From: Zancudomyces culisetae HAW-14-8
Lineage: Eukaryota; Fungi; Kickxellomycota
DNA: 64,000 nucleotides
Direction of reading: 5' to 3'
NCBI GenBank assembly: GCA_052426225.1
Contig: JBNJNM010000011.1
Coordinates: 1,674,001-1,738,000, forward strand
Shown here: piece by piece, positions 22,250 to 33,226 of the stretch
How positions within the stretch are numbered: the first letter of the stretch is position 1
How the letters are laid out: every line of letters begins with the position of its first letter
Notes under the pieces: model-generated
What the model was told of the DNA's origin: nothing
Databases searched by the model: none
Seen by the model: only the letters and a program-made list of their open reading frames with translations
Translations under genes and position numbers: made by a program

Positions 22250-24467
22250 TCTTGTTTTTTGTAAATGTACACTGTTTCTCATAAATACGAACATTAATAT
22301 TTCCAAATAGATGTAGAGTGTATTTACTAAAATATTTACCAACATATATAAGTAGTGATTACGCATTAAATTAATTTTAGATCAAACCAAGAATCTTTAC
22401 CATCTTACCAACTAAATGTAGTGCCAAGGAATAACAAGCCATAAAATAGGCAAAAAGAAAATGTAGAAAAATACAAACGTATTTTATTTTTTTACACAGC
22501 TAATATTATAAATCTATTTTGATTTCACATGATTTATGGAACGTTTCAATTTACTAGGTCAAATTGAAGTTTGAATAAGGAAAAAAAAATCCATCCATGA
22601 AAATTATTCACAGTTTTTAAATGTTATTGGTCAACACAGGTATAACCAAACTAAAATGAACAAAAAAAATGTAAAAAAGTGTAAAAAAAAAATGAGGGGA
22701 TGGAGGGGGGGGGAAAAACACGAAAAAATAAAACATTTCTTAATTATCCAAATTGTGTGTGTGTGTGTGTTTCTTTTTTCCAGTTTCTGTAAAAGGAAAA
22801 AAATAGAAAAAGAAAAAGGAAAAAAGAAAATCATATAAACTTGTAATCAGACAAAAAACATTCAAAAAAATCAACTTTGCTGCAATGCTAGTCTTATCGT
22901 TAGTGATGAAAACCAACCCTATTGTCATTAAGTTTTAACGTGAAGAATCGGATAATCTTTATTTGCACAAAGTGAAACTCGGAAACAAAAAAATATACAT
23001 AATATTCACACGTTCCTTTTTTATTTTTTCCTTCCCTTCTCCCCCTCTCCTGCTCCTCCAAGTTTTTTATAAAGGACGCCCAAGACCGAAACGTTACAAC
23101 AATGATTACCAAAAATTTAAAAATTAAAAAAAATAAAACACAAAACAAAACAAAATAAAACACAAAACGAAATAAGACGAAAATAATGGTAACAAAGAGT
23201 TTGTTAGCTGTGGGTTTAAAAGTTAATAAAGAAAAAATATTAGGTTTCAGTAAAAAAAAATAAAAATAGTAAAAAACACGCAAGAAAAATTTTATTAATT
23301 CTTTTTTTTCTAAAAGCATTTTTTTTCCCGGAAAACCTGCCATTTATTTATTTGTTTTATGTAATAATAAAAATGCGAGTTACAAAAATATTTTGAACTA
23401 GGCGAAATAAAAAAAAGGGCGTTAGGAAATGTTACAGGTTGTACATACATATGTACTTTCATATATAATATATCGTGATAATGAGTTCAGGTAGTTGAGA
23501 TTCGAAAAACCTGAAAATGGGCTTATAGACAATGAGCACGTGAGCAGGTTAATTTAATGTCCATAAAGCGCGTAGATTTATTTTTGCGTAATTAATTTTA
23601 TCGTTATTATTTTTTTAGTGGTGAAAAGGGGTTAAAAAAAATCTCCGAGTAATGAAATCACAAGTGGTAAATAGAACGCTATTATTTATATTTTTTAGCT
23701 TTTTTTAGTATTAACTTGAATAATATTTAGAAAAATAATAGTAGAGCAAGTAAAAGAGTGGAAAAGAATTAATGCAAAAGATTAAAAAAAAGCAGAAATA
23801 CGTAATAATGGGTAAATAAAAAGATTAATAGGTGATGGATGAAAAAAGAACAAATTGGTGAGTCTAAGTTTGGGATTTGTGGTTAGTTCAGGTTTACTTT
23901 GATTTAAAGTTTGTTTTTATTTTTTGGTCATGCGAAACAAAAAAAAATTGTAATAAAAGAAATTGGTTGGTGATTTCAATGTGAATAGTTCGTGTATTAA
24001 TTTTTTATTTTTGCTAGTAAATGATAAAGAAATTAAAAAAAAACTGGTATTATTATAGAAAAACGAAAAAGGTTGAACAAACAAGAAAGAAAAAAAACAA
24101 TTATAATTAGGTAATCAGAAAAGAAATCAAGTTGTACTAATAAAAATTGTTTTGATAAAAAAGGGTATGAAAAAAAAAATAGTGTAATGTAGTAAAGGGG
24201 ATAAAAAAAAAAGCAAAAGGTTATAAAAAAAAGAAAAAAAGATGCGAAAATAAAATCCAAAATTATTTTTAATTCCAAAATTCGGTTTATACTTTTTAAT
24301 TTTCAAAGAAGAAAAAATTAGTAATTTTTTTTTTGAGTAATTAATCATAATAATACTCGGGCTATTAATGAAATAAAAAATAAAAAAATAAACCAACAGG
24401 ATAGATCAGTTAGTATATAAGCGATATATAATAATATATCACAAGGGCAAAAGCGGATTTGCAAGGA

Positions 24468-26729
24468 ATGGAATCAGGGTATGAATTTGATTACGATCAG
24501 CTGAATTTTAAGTTTGACGACGAGGAAATGGAATCGTATTTCAGGCTCAAAGAAGAATTGAAGCTCAACAGATATGTGAGTGATACAATGTTTGGGGCAA
24601 ACCAGAGCCCAAATCAAAACGCCACGGTAACACCAACAAGAACAACAACACCAGCAGCAGCAGCAGGAACGACTGCAACAGTCACACCAACAAGAACAAC
24701 AGCAGCAGTAGCATCGGCAGAGGTAGGGGTAGGGGAGCAGTTAAATAAGGCATCAACTACGCAAGAACAAGGTATCAAGGTTAAAAAACGCGGAAGACCT
24801 AGAAAGACTGAAGGGGAAGGAAGTGGGAGTAATAATACGGATAATCGAAAGAAAGTCAAGACTGCGGATGATAATAGAACGTTAATACAGCGATTAATGG
24901 ATTTAAATAACAAGAGCATCAAAGAAGCGAAAAAAAGAGAAAAAAAGAGACAAAAACAAAATCAGGCACAATTACAATTACAGTTACAATCACAGGCGCA
25001 AGGTGGGACGGACGAAGAGCAACCAAAGAGAAAGCCGGGGCGACCAGCAAAGGGCGAGAGAATTGATTTTGGGGATGCACCGGATGGAGCGAGTTTATTT
25101 GAGCTTCTTACAAAGAACGCCAATTTGGATATTAAAAAGACGGGAGTGGAGGAGGGAAAGAAGAGACCAGTGGGAAGGCCACGAAAAGTGAGTAATGTAG
25201 AAGGAACGGGAGAACCAGTAGTAAAACGACGGGTAGGAAGGCCATCGAAACGGTCATTAGAAAACGAACAAGGCAAGAGTAGTGGTGATGGTAATGGTAA
25301 TGGTAATGATAATGGTAGTAGCCAAGGTAGCCAGGGAGGTGAAGGTAGTGCTAGAAAGCCAGGTAGACCGAAAAAAACAGATAAAGACACTAGTAGTATA
25401 AGCGACGCAAACAAATTAATAGCAAGAGGACTTGGACAACAGATTTTTAGTAGCAGTGGAGGAGTATTGGGAAGCGCAAACAGAACAAATGGAATATTTG
25501 GTAGTGGACCAGGTATGAATATAGGACTTAGTATTGGAACCACCGAAAGCGGACGAGCTGCACTGTTTGGAGGCGGATTTGGTACAGGCGGACCAACATT
25601 AGTGGAAAAGAAACGGCCGGTTGGAAGGCCTAGAAAGAGTGAGGTGCAAGGTGAGAAGAAAAAGAATGATAAAGAACCAACATTGGCATCAGCATTGGGG
25701 TTAGAGAGTGCAGATGGTGTTAGTAATAGTAATAGTAATAGTGACAGTAATAGTAATACTACCAAGCCAGTTAGTCAGCCAGTACACAGAGGTCGTGGTC
25801 GACCAAGAAAAGATCAACAAGCACAAGCACAAGCACAAGCACAAGCACAGACACAAACACAAGCACAAACACAGGTGAGCGATGGTAATGAAAATTCAAA
25901 ACTCAAAATCGATTTCATGATATCCACAATAAGTCCAAAACGGCCAGTTGGTAGACCAAAGAAACAAGCTCCAAAAGAAATGCAGGAAGATGTAAGTTTA
26001 ATTCAACAATTTAATAACGATGTACTGACAAGGAAACAAAAAGGACAGTCATTGGTGGAAGCTGGAAGTGGGAAAAAGTCACGTGGACGACCCAGGAAAT
26101 CAGAAATCAACGAGGATGTTCCATTATCAACGTTTGCAAATGCTGAATCGTTTGGTAAACATTCAATAAAGGCAGGAATGGCAGAGAATAAGGGGGAAGG
26201 AAATGGTATTGTTAAAAAACGAGGGAGAAAACCTAAAGCCCTTGTGATACAACAGCAGCAATTACAACAGCAGCAATTACAGCAACAGCAACAACAACAA
26301 CAACAACAAGTTCAGCCACAGCAGCAGCAACAACATTTACAACAACAAGCTCAGCATCAACAAGCTCAGCAGCAAGCACAACAACAACATTTACACCAAC
26401 AACACCAACAACAACAACAGCAACACCTAACACAACAACAGTATCAGCAATATCAACAACATCAACAACAGCAACAACAACAACGAATGATGGCAAGAGA
26501 AAGAGGAAATAATAATCCCAACATGATACCAGCAATGTTAGTAACAGAACCACGGATTCTTATGGGAAACAACAACATTATGCGTAACAACGGATACTTC
26601 AACAACAACCGGACAACTGGATTTATTCTAGAAAATAGTTTGTCGAGTTTGTTGCAAGTACACAATAACCGACAGATAAATCCATCAATGTTACAAGATA
26701 GTTTAAATCCTCGAACTTTTTCTGACTAA
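24468..26729 (+). CDS. Multi-AT-hook, largely disordered nuclear protein with C-terminal polyQ tract
   Basis: First ATG at 24468. Nine GRP-core AT-hooks (KKRGRPRK, RKPGRPAK, RPVGRPRK, RRVGRPSK, RKPGRPKK, RPVGRPRK, RGRGRPRK, RPVGRPKK, KSRGRPRK) plus a degenerate KKRGRKPK. Confidence 0.85.
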   Translation: MESGYEFDYDQLNFKFDDEEMESYFRLKEELKLNRYVSDTMFGANQSPNQNATVTPTRTTTPAAAAGTTATVTPTRTTAAVASAEVGVGEQLNKASTTQEQGIKVKKRGRPRKTEGEGSGSNNTDNRKKVKTADDNRTLIQRLMDLNNKSIKEAKKREKKRQKQNQAQLQLQLQSQAQGGTDEEQPKRKPGRPAKGERIDFGDAPDGASLFELLTKNANLDIKKTGVEEGKKRPVGRPRKVSNVEGTGEPVVKRRVGRPSKRSLENEQGKSSGDGNGNGNDNGSSQGSQGGEGSARKPGRPKKTDKDTSSISDANKLIARGLGQQIFSSSGGVLGSANRTNGIFGSGPGMNIGLSIGTTESGRAALFGGGFGTGGPTLVEKKRPVGRPRKSEVQGEKKKNDKEPTLASALGLESADGVSNSNSNSDSNSNTTKPVSQPVHRGRGRPRKDQQAQAQAQAQAQTQTQAQTQVSDGNENSKLKIDFMISTISPKRPVGRPKKQAPKEMQEDVSLIQQFNNDVLTRKQKGQSLVEAGSGKKSRGRPRKSEINEDVPLSTFANAESFGKHSIKAGMAENKGEGNGIVKKRGRKPKALVIQQQQLQQQQLQQQQQQQQQQVQPQQQQQHLQQQAQHQQAQQQAQQQHLHQQHQQQQQQHLTQQQYQQYQQHQQQQQQQRMMARERGNNNPNMIPAMLVTEPRILMGNNNIMRNNGYFNNNRTTGFILENSLSSLLQVHNNRQINPSMLQDSLNPRTFSD
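26250..26483 (+). repeat. CAA/CAG-rich polyglutamine tract
   Basis: Directly visible in the AT-hook gene. Confidence 0.9.
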
Positions 26730-26753
26730 TAAAAACTAATTATTTTTATATTT

Positions 26754-28470
26754 TTAAAATGAATTGGTTTGTGTTGATGAATAACTAGTCGATAATTTAT
26801 ACAACAGTTGGAAAATCAACTTGCGATATGTCACGTCCTCTCCAACAATCGCCGAAAATGTTGTGTCCTGTAATGCTCCTGGCAAGTTGTTGCTCAAGTA
26901 CTGTCTAGCACTCGCGTCATCTGCCAGCCGCAGGTAGCATTTCACCACACTCTTGAGCAGCCGCACCGATTGGTTTTCTACCATTTGCTGGATCACGCTG
27001 TTCAGTATACTGGCTACTGTCTTGAGCCGTTTTGGATGTGATGTTACATAATGGAACCCTCCAGGGTCTGCAATGATTTTTTGGAATATAAATGTTGCTA
27101 TCTATTTATGTTTTTTTATTTAATCTTTTTCTTTTTTTTATCGGTACTTTTACTTTTTGTTAATATTAATCACGTTTATAACTTACCACTTTACATAATT
27201 CACTTCCAATATCCATAATCTTTAAACATAATGGCAAAAACTCGGTACTGAAGAAAAAGTTGATCACTTCTGGATTGTCGTGCTATCATTATTAACTCTT
27301 TGTTCATTATCAATTTCTCTTTTTCTTTTTCTTTATCTTCTTTACCTTTACTAATGCTCCAATAACTCCCAAACTTGTCAATCGAAGGTTATCGTATGGT
27401 TTGGTTTGATTAGTCGTACTCAAAAACGGATATAACAATTGTGGAATATTTGCTATTTTTATAATTTATTTTTAATTTTATTCCCATTCTTATTCTTATT
27501 CTTATTCCTATTCTTATTCCTATTCTTATTTTTACCTTTTAAAAACAACATTCGCGTTTGTTCATGTGTCGCTATCATTTGCAATAATGCCAGTGCATTG
27601 CATACTCGATTCGACTGTAATACTGTTAGTACTGGTGGATTGATAAGTGGATACACTGCTATCACTTCTTGGTACAATATCGCCATCACTCCTATTACAT
27701 TTATTAACCCAATAACCCCCCCCGCCCAAAAAAAATTAATACTGTTTTCTCTTTTATCGTTTTTTCTTTTTCTTTCTTTCTTTTTCTTTTCACTTACCAT
27801 AAGAATTCCATAATCCTAATGCCAAATCTGCATGTTGATCACGTCGCTTACTTAGCTCTGCCAATGCAAATTCTCGTGTATTTTGATTAAAAAGTCCCAA
27901 AATATAGTAGTATATACTATCTGGATCTATTGCATTCACATTGCTTCCACCCCCGCTTGTTGCTGTTACTACATTCCCCCCTCCCATCACCCCTACTCCA
28001 CTTCCACCTCCCCCACCACCTCCTCCACCTCCACCACTTCCACTCACTCCTCCGAACCCCATTGAGTTTCCATTATTAATGAGCCCTGCTACTGTGTTGA
28101 AATTCATCGTCCCCCCTCCTGTTCCCCCACCTACGCCCATCCCTACGCCTCCCATCAGATTACCCTGCTGCTGCTGTTGCTGTTGCTGCTGTAATTGCTG
28201 TTGATTAACCATTCCGACCCCTGTCTGGTGCCCACCATACATTCCTTGTGCATATTGTGGCGGAAGATTATGGACTCCTGCACCACCACCTGCCCCCATC
28301 CCCATACCTACACTCATTCCCATCCCTCTAGGCCCCTGTTGTTGTTGTGATTGCTCAACCGCCATCTGCTGTTGTTGTTGTTGCTGCTGCTGTTGTTGTT
28401 GTTGTTGTTGTTGTTGTTGTCGAGTATAATTCTGTGAACCAAATCCCGTTGGTCTTTGTAGGATTGACAT
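26754..28470 (-). CDS. RCD1: CCR4-NOT subunit Rcd1/Caf40/CNOT9 with Q/G-rich N-terminal extension, 5 exons (28470-27798, 27691-27536, 27452-27346, 27282-27187, 27101-26754)
   Basis: The spliced product contains [63 protein letters not shown] and [13 protein letters not shown]. Confidence 0.93.
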
Positions 28471-30570
28471 TGTCACCCTCCCCTTTTTTATATTAGTTTT
28501 CTGAACTTGTTTATTGCAAAGCTTTTGTTTCTTCTTGATTGGAAATCTGGCCTATCGATTTAATCTAATCCAAGATTTGTATTACCGTAAATTCTTTAAT
28601 CTTTTTATTGTTTTTGATGCCCTCCTTCTCTTTCACAATGTTTCCTTTTCGTTTATCTAGTAAATAAAAATGCTATTTTATTAAATACGTTTACTTTTTT
28701 TTTTTTGTGTGCTGACTATACTTTTATTTTTATTTAAAGTACAATTTACAATTTACAATATATTTAATATTATTTACTAAATAAAGCAGGCTTCTGGAAA
28801 CAAAATTGGTATACGTATTTCAATTTGTAATTTTAGACTATATTTTCATTTTTATTTTCTTTATTTTTATTATTATTATTATTGTCGCATTTTTATCGTT
28901 TTTATTTCCTTTATCATTATTCAAAAAAAAATAATTAATTTTTAAAAATCAAAATAATTCAAGTAAAATAGAGTATAAAGGTATGAATGAATCCTCACTT
29001 GGGTAAAGCCCTTTTTTGGATTTATCTTATTTTAAATATTAGCTTACAGTTCTTAAATATAGGTATATACATGTATTTACTTTATAACCAATTTGGAGGT
29101 GTACATACAAGAGACATATTTCATAGCTGAAACTCAATGATAGCTAGAAAATGTCATGTCTTTTTCTTTTTTTTTTAAAAAAAAGATGAAATAAAAGAAA
29201 AAACTAGTGGGTTATCCCACTTAACTTTATACTTGGATCCATTCAAATTAGTTTAGTACTTATAACATACATCAATATTCCATATATCTTTTCTGTTTTT
29301 TTTCCCCCGCCTTTTGTAGTGAAAAAGATATTCCTACATCATCACATTTCTTCCTTCCTTCGCACTTTTTTATATATACTTTACGGTAAAAGATGTATAT
29401 ATCTTTATTTTTAAAATAAAGAAACAGTACAAAACGAAATAAAACGAAATGAAACGAAATGATGAGATGAGATATGAAATAAGTCGTAACTCATGGGACG
29501 GGTATGGTCAAATACAAAAACACATGAACAAATCCACGTGAATTGATAAAAAAAAAACACCGCAAGTTTTGCAGAACTATTTCCGTTGTGTGTATGAACT
29601 TTGACATTATTTTCCTTTTCCTTTTCCTTTTCCTTTTCTCTATATTTTTAAAACTCATTATAAACCTTGCAAAAGTAAAGGGAACAAACCAAGCAAGACA
29701 GTGTGACCGCTACTCTTTTATTATTATTATTATTATTATTATTGCAATGGTTTTATATTTACAATTTTGAGCATGAGTATGCCATTTTAGTGTAGTAAAG
29801 TACAGATCAGATGAAACAAAATGCAACATCCTGATATAGTATAATAGAATGGGTTGTGACCCTTTAATCAGTTTATTTACAGATGATACATTTTGTTATT
29901 TTGCTTAATACCATTTCTTGACTATTTTTAGTGCCTTTATTTATATTAGCTAACTGAAAAAAAAACTAAAAAACTAAAAAACTAAAAAAAGCTCAGAAAT
30001 TTCTAGGGCTCATTAATTTTTACCATATCCTCTTGTTTCCTTTTCCTTTTCCTTTTCCTTTGTTTTGTTTCCTCCCCCCCCCCCCCCCCCCCCCCTTCAT
30101 CACGATGCGACTCGGAAATTATTTAATTTTCATGTTGGGGGGGGGGAAGAAGCAAGGAAGGGGAAAGCTTATGAAAATACAGAGAGATGGTTGCGAAATT
30201 ATTTAGTCTCTTCATTTTCCCTCTCCGCTTCTCCCCTAAAAAAAAAAGTATTCAGATTATTTTGTTTCAAATAAATGAATGAAGGAATAATGAGGCACAC
30301 ACACTAATTTTTTTTAATACGTTTAAATGTATTTATTTTTTTAAAAAAAGGGAGCTGTAGTGTAAAAGATTAAAATAATATATACACAAGCCAAAGATTT
30401 CATACATTTACTTTTCCTCCCCCATTCCACCCCATTCCACTATACTATATACATAAATCTATTTTTATTACAATAATAAAGTATATTATAATATTTAACT
30501 TTGCATAGAATTCATAAATAATCAAAACGAGTAAAAAAAATAAATAAAAATAAAAAAAAGAGGTGACAAA

Positions 30571-33136
30571 ATGTATGAAGAATACGACGAAAGTTGCTGT
30601 GCGATTGAGCGAGAAGTTCGCAAACGAGTGGTCATAATGGAGAAAATGGCCAAGGAACGGCAACAGGAAGAACAAGAACGTGAACAAGCTGGTGAATATG
30701 GATCCCCCAACCACAACTATAACGGCAACCATGACGAGCATCCAGGTTGGGATTTGCAACAGGCACATTTGGCTATTTCTATCCGTAGTGTTGAAAAGAT
30801 TGTGGCAAACGGATCCACGTTTGTTACCTATAGAATTGAATTTGGTGTAAGTACTCTGTTGTATTATCCTATTTCTCTTTTCTTTTCTTCTTTCCTCTCC
30901 CTTCTCTCTCTTTGTTTTTTTTTGATGAGGGAGGGGTGTATTTTGCGGAAACAGTAATCTTAATTGTTTTGTTTTATAGAGATACGAAGTAAAGAGAAGG
31001 TATTCAGAATTCGAATCGCTACGTAAAGTGCTCTGTAGAATATACCCAACTCTGTTGGTACCAGTGTTACCAGAAAAGCATACTATAGGTATTGTATTAT
31101 TTTAGTCTAAATTAGTTAAACCGAGATATGCTATAAATGGATACTGTAATAATATCTGTATAATTTATGCCTACATATAGTTCAATATGCTACAGGAAGG
31201 AGTAAAATGGTAGAGGATAAGGGCGTTGTGGAAAAGAGAAAGAGAATGCTGGGTAGGTTCTTGAGTAGGATTGCAGAACATCCAATACTGAGCAGCGAGC
31301 ACATATTTCATCGGTTTTTGGAAAATGGTGTTGCATGGGTAAGATACAAAAAAAAAATAGAGAGAGAAAGAGAGAGAGAGATCTTGTATAGTGCTAATTG
31401 CATTATTTTGATTATATTGTTTATTAACTAAAATATTCAATAAGAACAAGAAACAAAACAAAACAAAACAATACTTTACTTGATAAATAGAATGAGGTAT
31501 TGAACTCACCATTAATTCTAAGCTTGCCAGATAATCCATTATATTCGTCACCATCCAAGGGAGTAGGGTCGTCTGTGGCAGCAGATCCTGCTCAAGCAGT
31601 TACGGGTGGGCTGAATGCACTACCCAAAATTGCAGCGGTAAATAAATTTGCGGCAGATGTACCAATACCCAATGCGCTGGTTCCATTGGCCAACCAGGAG
31701 GTGCGATGGGTGGCGTGTAAACTCTTTACAAACAAATTTATGAATATTTGGTCGACCAAGATTGAACCTACTCAAAAAAAATTGAATAAGCGATTTGAAG
31801 GTAAGGTTAAAAAAAAAAGAAAGAAAAAAGGGGAGAGGGGGAGGGGGAAGGGGAAGGGGAAGGCAAATATAGATAGCATAGTTGTTTTATAGATGTTGAC
31901 AAGTGATATTGTAAAATGAAAATAGAACTGGCAGATGGTTATACAGAGCTTGGTGGACTATTAAATGGTATTAGCCTTGAAGAGGGGGGAGATATATCAC
32001 GAGGAATAGAGTATGCAGGACAAGCTGTGGATGGGATGTATACGGCAATGAACCAAATGAAAACAGACATTGAAGGAGAGTACATGGAGTACGTGCACGA
32101 GTACGCATTGTTTGGAACAGCGGTGAATCAGGTATTGGGGTACCGAACGATAAAGAACATACAACTAGAAAAGACGATAGAAAAACTAAAGACAAAAAAG
32201 GGCGAGTTGGAAAGTCTTTTGGCAGAGGAAAAGGAGTCGAGGCGCGAAAACGATCAAGGCAAGTACAGGGATGATGACAGATCTGAGTATACAGTAGGAT
32301 CACCAATGGTTGAGGAGCAGACTCAATCCGATATTGAAAGCGAGCCTGAAATACCAGAGGAAGGCAGAGTCATAAGCAGGATCAGCAGCGAGTATCCTGT
32401 CGCCTCACATCGAAAATCGATGGATAGTGTTGACAATATCGATGAAATTATGTCACAATTCCATCTCGAACAGTCGGCAATGTGGAGTGAGGGAACTCCA
32501 CGGGCACTTCCACAACAGTACAATCCAAGGTCAGATAATAAGATGACTAGGAAAGCGCGATCAAGCAACTATAACGTTTCTGCAACAACAACAACAACAA
32601 CGAAAACAACAACAACGAAAACGAAAACAGCTAATGCTCGACAAAATGGTACTACAACAACAGGAACAACAACAGGAACAACAAGACCAAATTTAGTGGC
32701 ACGACGTACAATATCGTCGCACCCGATGAAAGGTACACAATCCGAACCGACACCTGGGAAACGCAGGGATAGTTTAGAAAGAACGACCGGCAACGAATCA
32801 CTAATTACACCAGTAAAATCACTGTTGAGCAACTCGATACTAAACCGATTTGGGTTTTCACTGGGCCGACAAACGACGATGAATGAACAAGAAAGACATG
32901 CACGTATTGAGGAGATAACGGCAAAGATTACAGAGTACGAACGAGTGTATGAGATGTTGCGAGATGATTTGGCGATTATTGATGAGAGTACGCAGGAGGA
33001 TTTGGATAGGTATCAATTGAGTAAAGTTCGAGATTTCAAGTACATGTTATTGTGTTTATCGAAGGAACATATTCATTGTAATGCAGTTTCGTTGGATGGA
33101 TGGAAAGTTACATTGAATTATTTAAATTCTTTATGA
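30571..33136 (+). CDS. PX-BAR sorting nexin, Snx41/Atg20 family, 5 exons (30571-30846, 30980-31088, 31181-31338, 31491-31800, 31926-33136)
   Basis: PX motifs [51 protein letters not shown] and FHRFLE, followed by BAR-like helices with a low-complexity insert. Confidence 0.88.
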
Positions 33137-33160
33137 AGAATCTTAAAAAAAAAAAGAGAG

Positions 33161-33190
33161 AGAGGTGAGGAGAGGTGAGGAGAGGTGAGG
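33161..33190. repeat. (AGAGGTGAGG)3 in the 90-bp gap between convergent genes
   Basis: Directly visible tandem repeat. Confidence 0.85.
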
Positions 33191-33226
33191 AAAGAAATAA
33201 TGACGAGTATATAAATATTTTATTAC

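Noticed and set aside
19700-24400. Short F/L/K-rich ORFs in the YAK1 to AT-hook intergenic region (also 12670-13446, 29543-30274, 37353-39248)
   Set aside because: They are translations of A/T homopolymer tracts, with no domain motifs and no consistent splice structure.
24962-25765. Long antisense ORFs (267 aa here; also 5652-6437, 18853-19320, 34490-34942, 50883-51449)
   Set aside because: They are shadows of well-supported genes on the opposite strand, favoured by strand-skewed codon usage.
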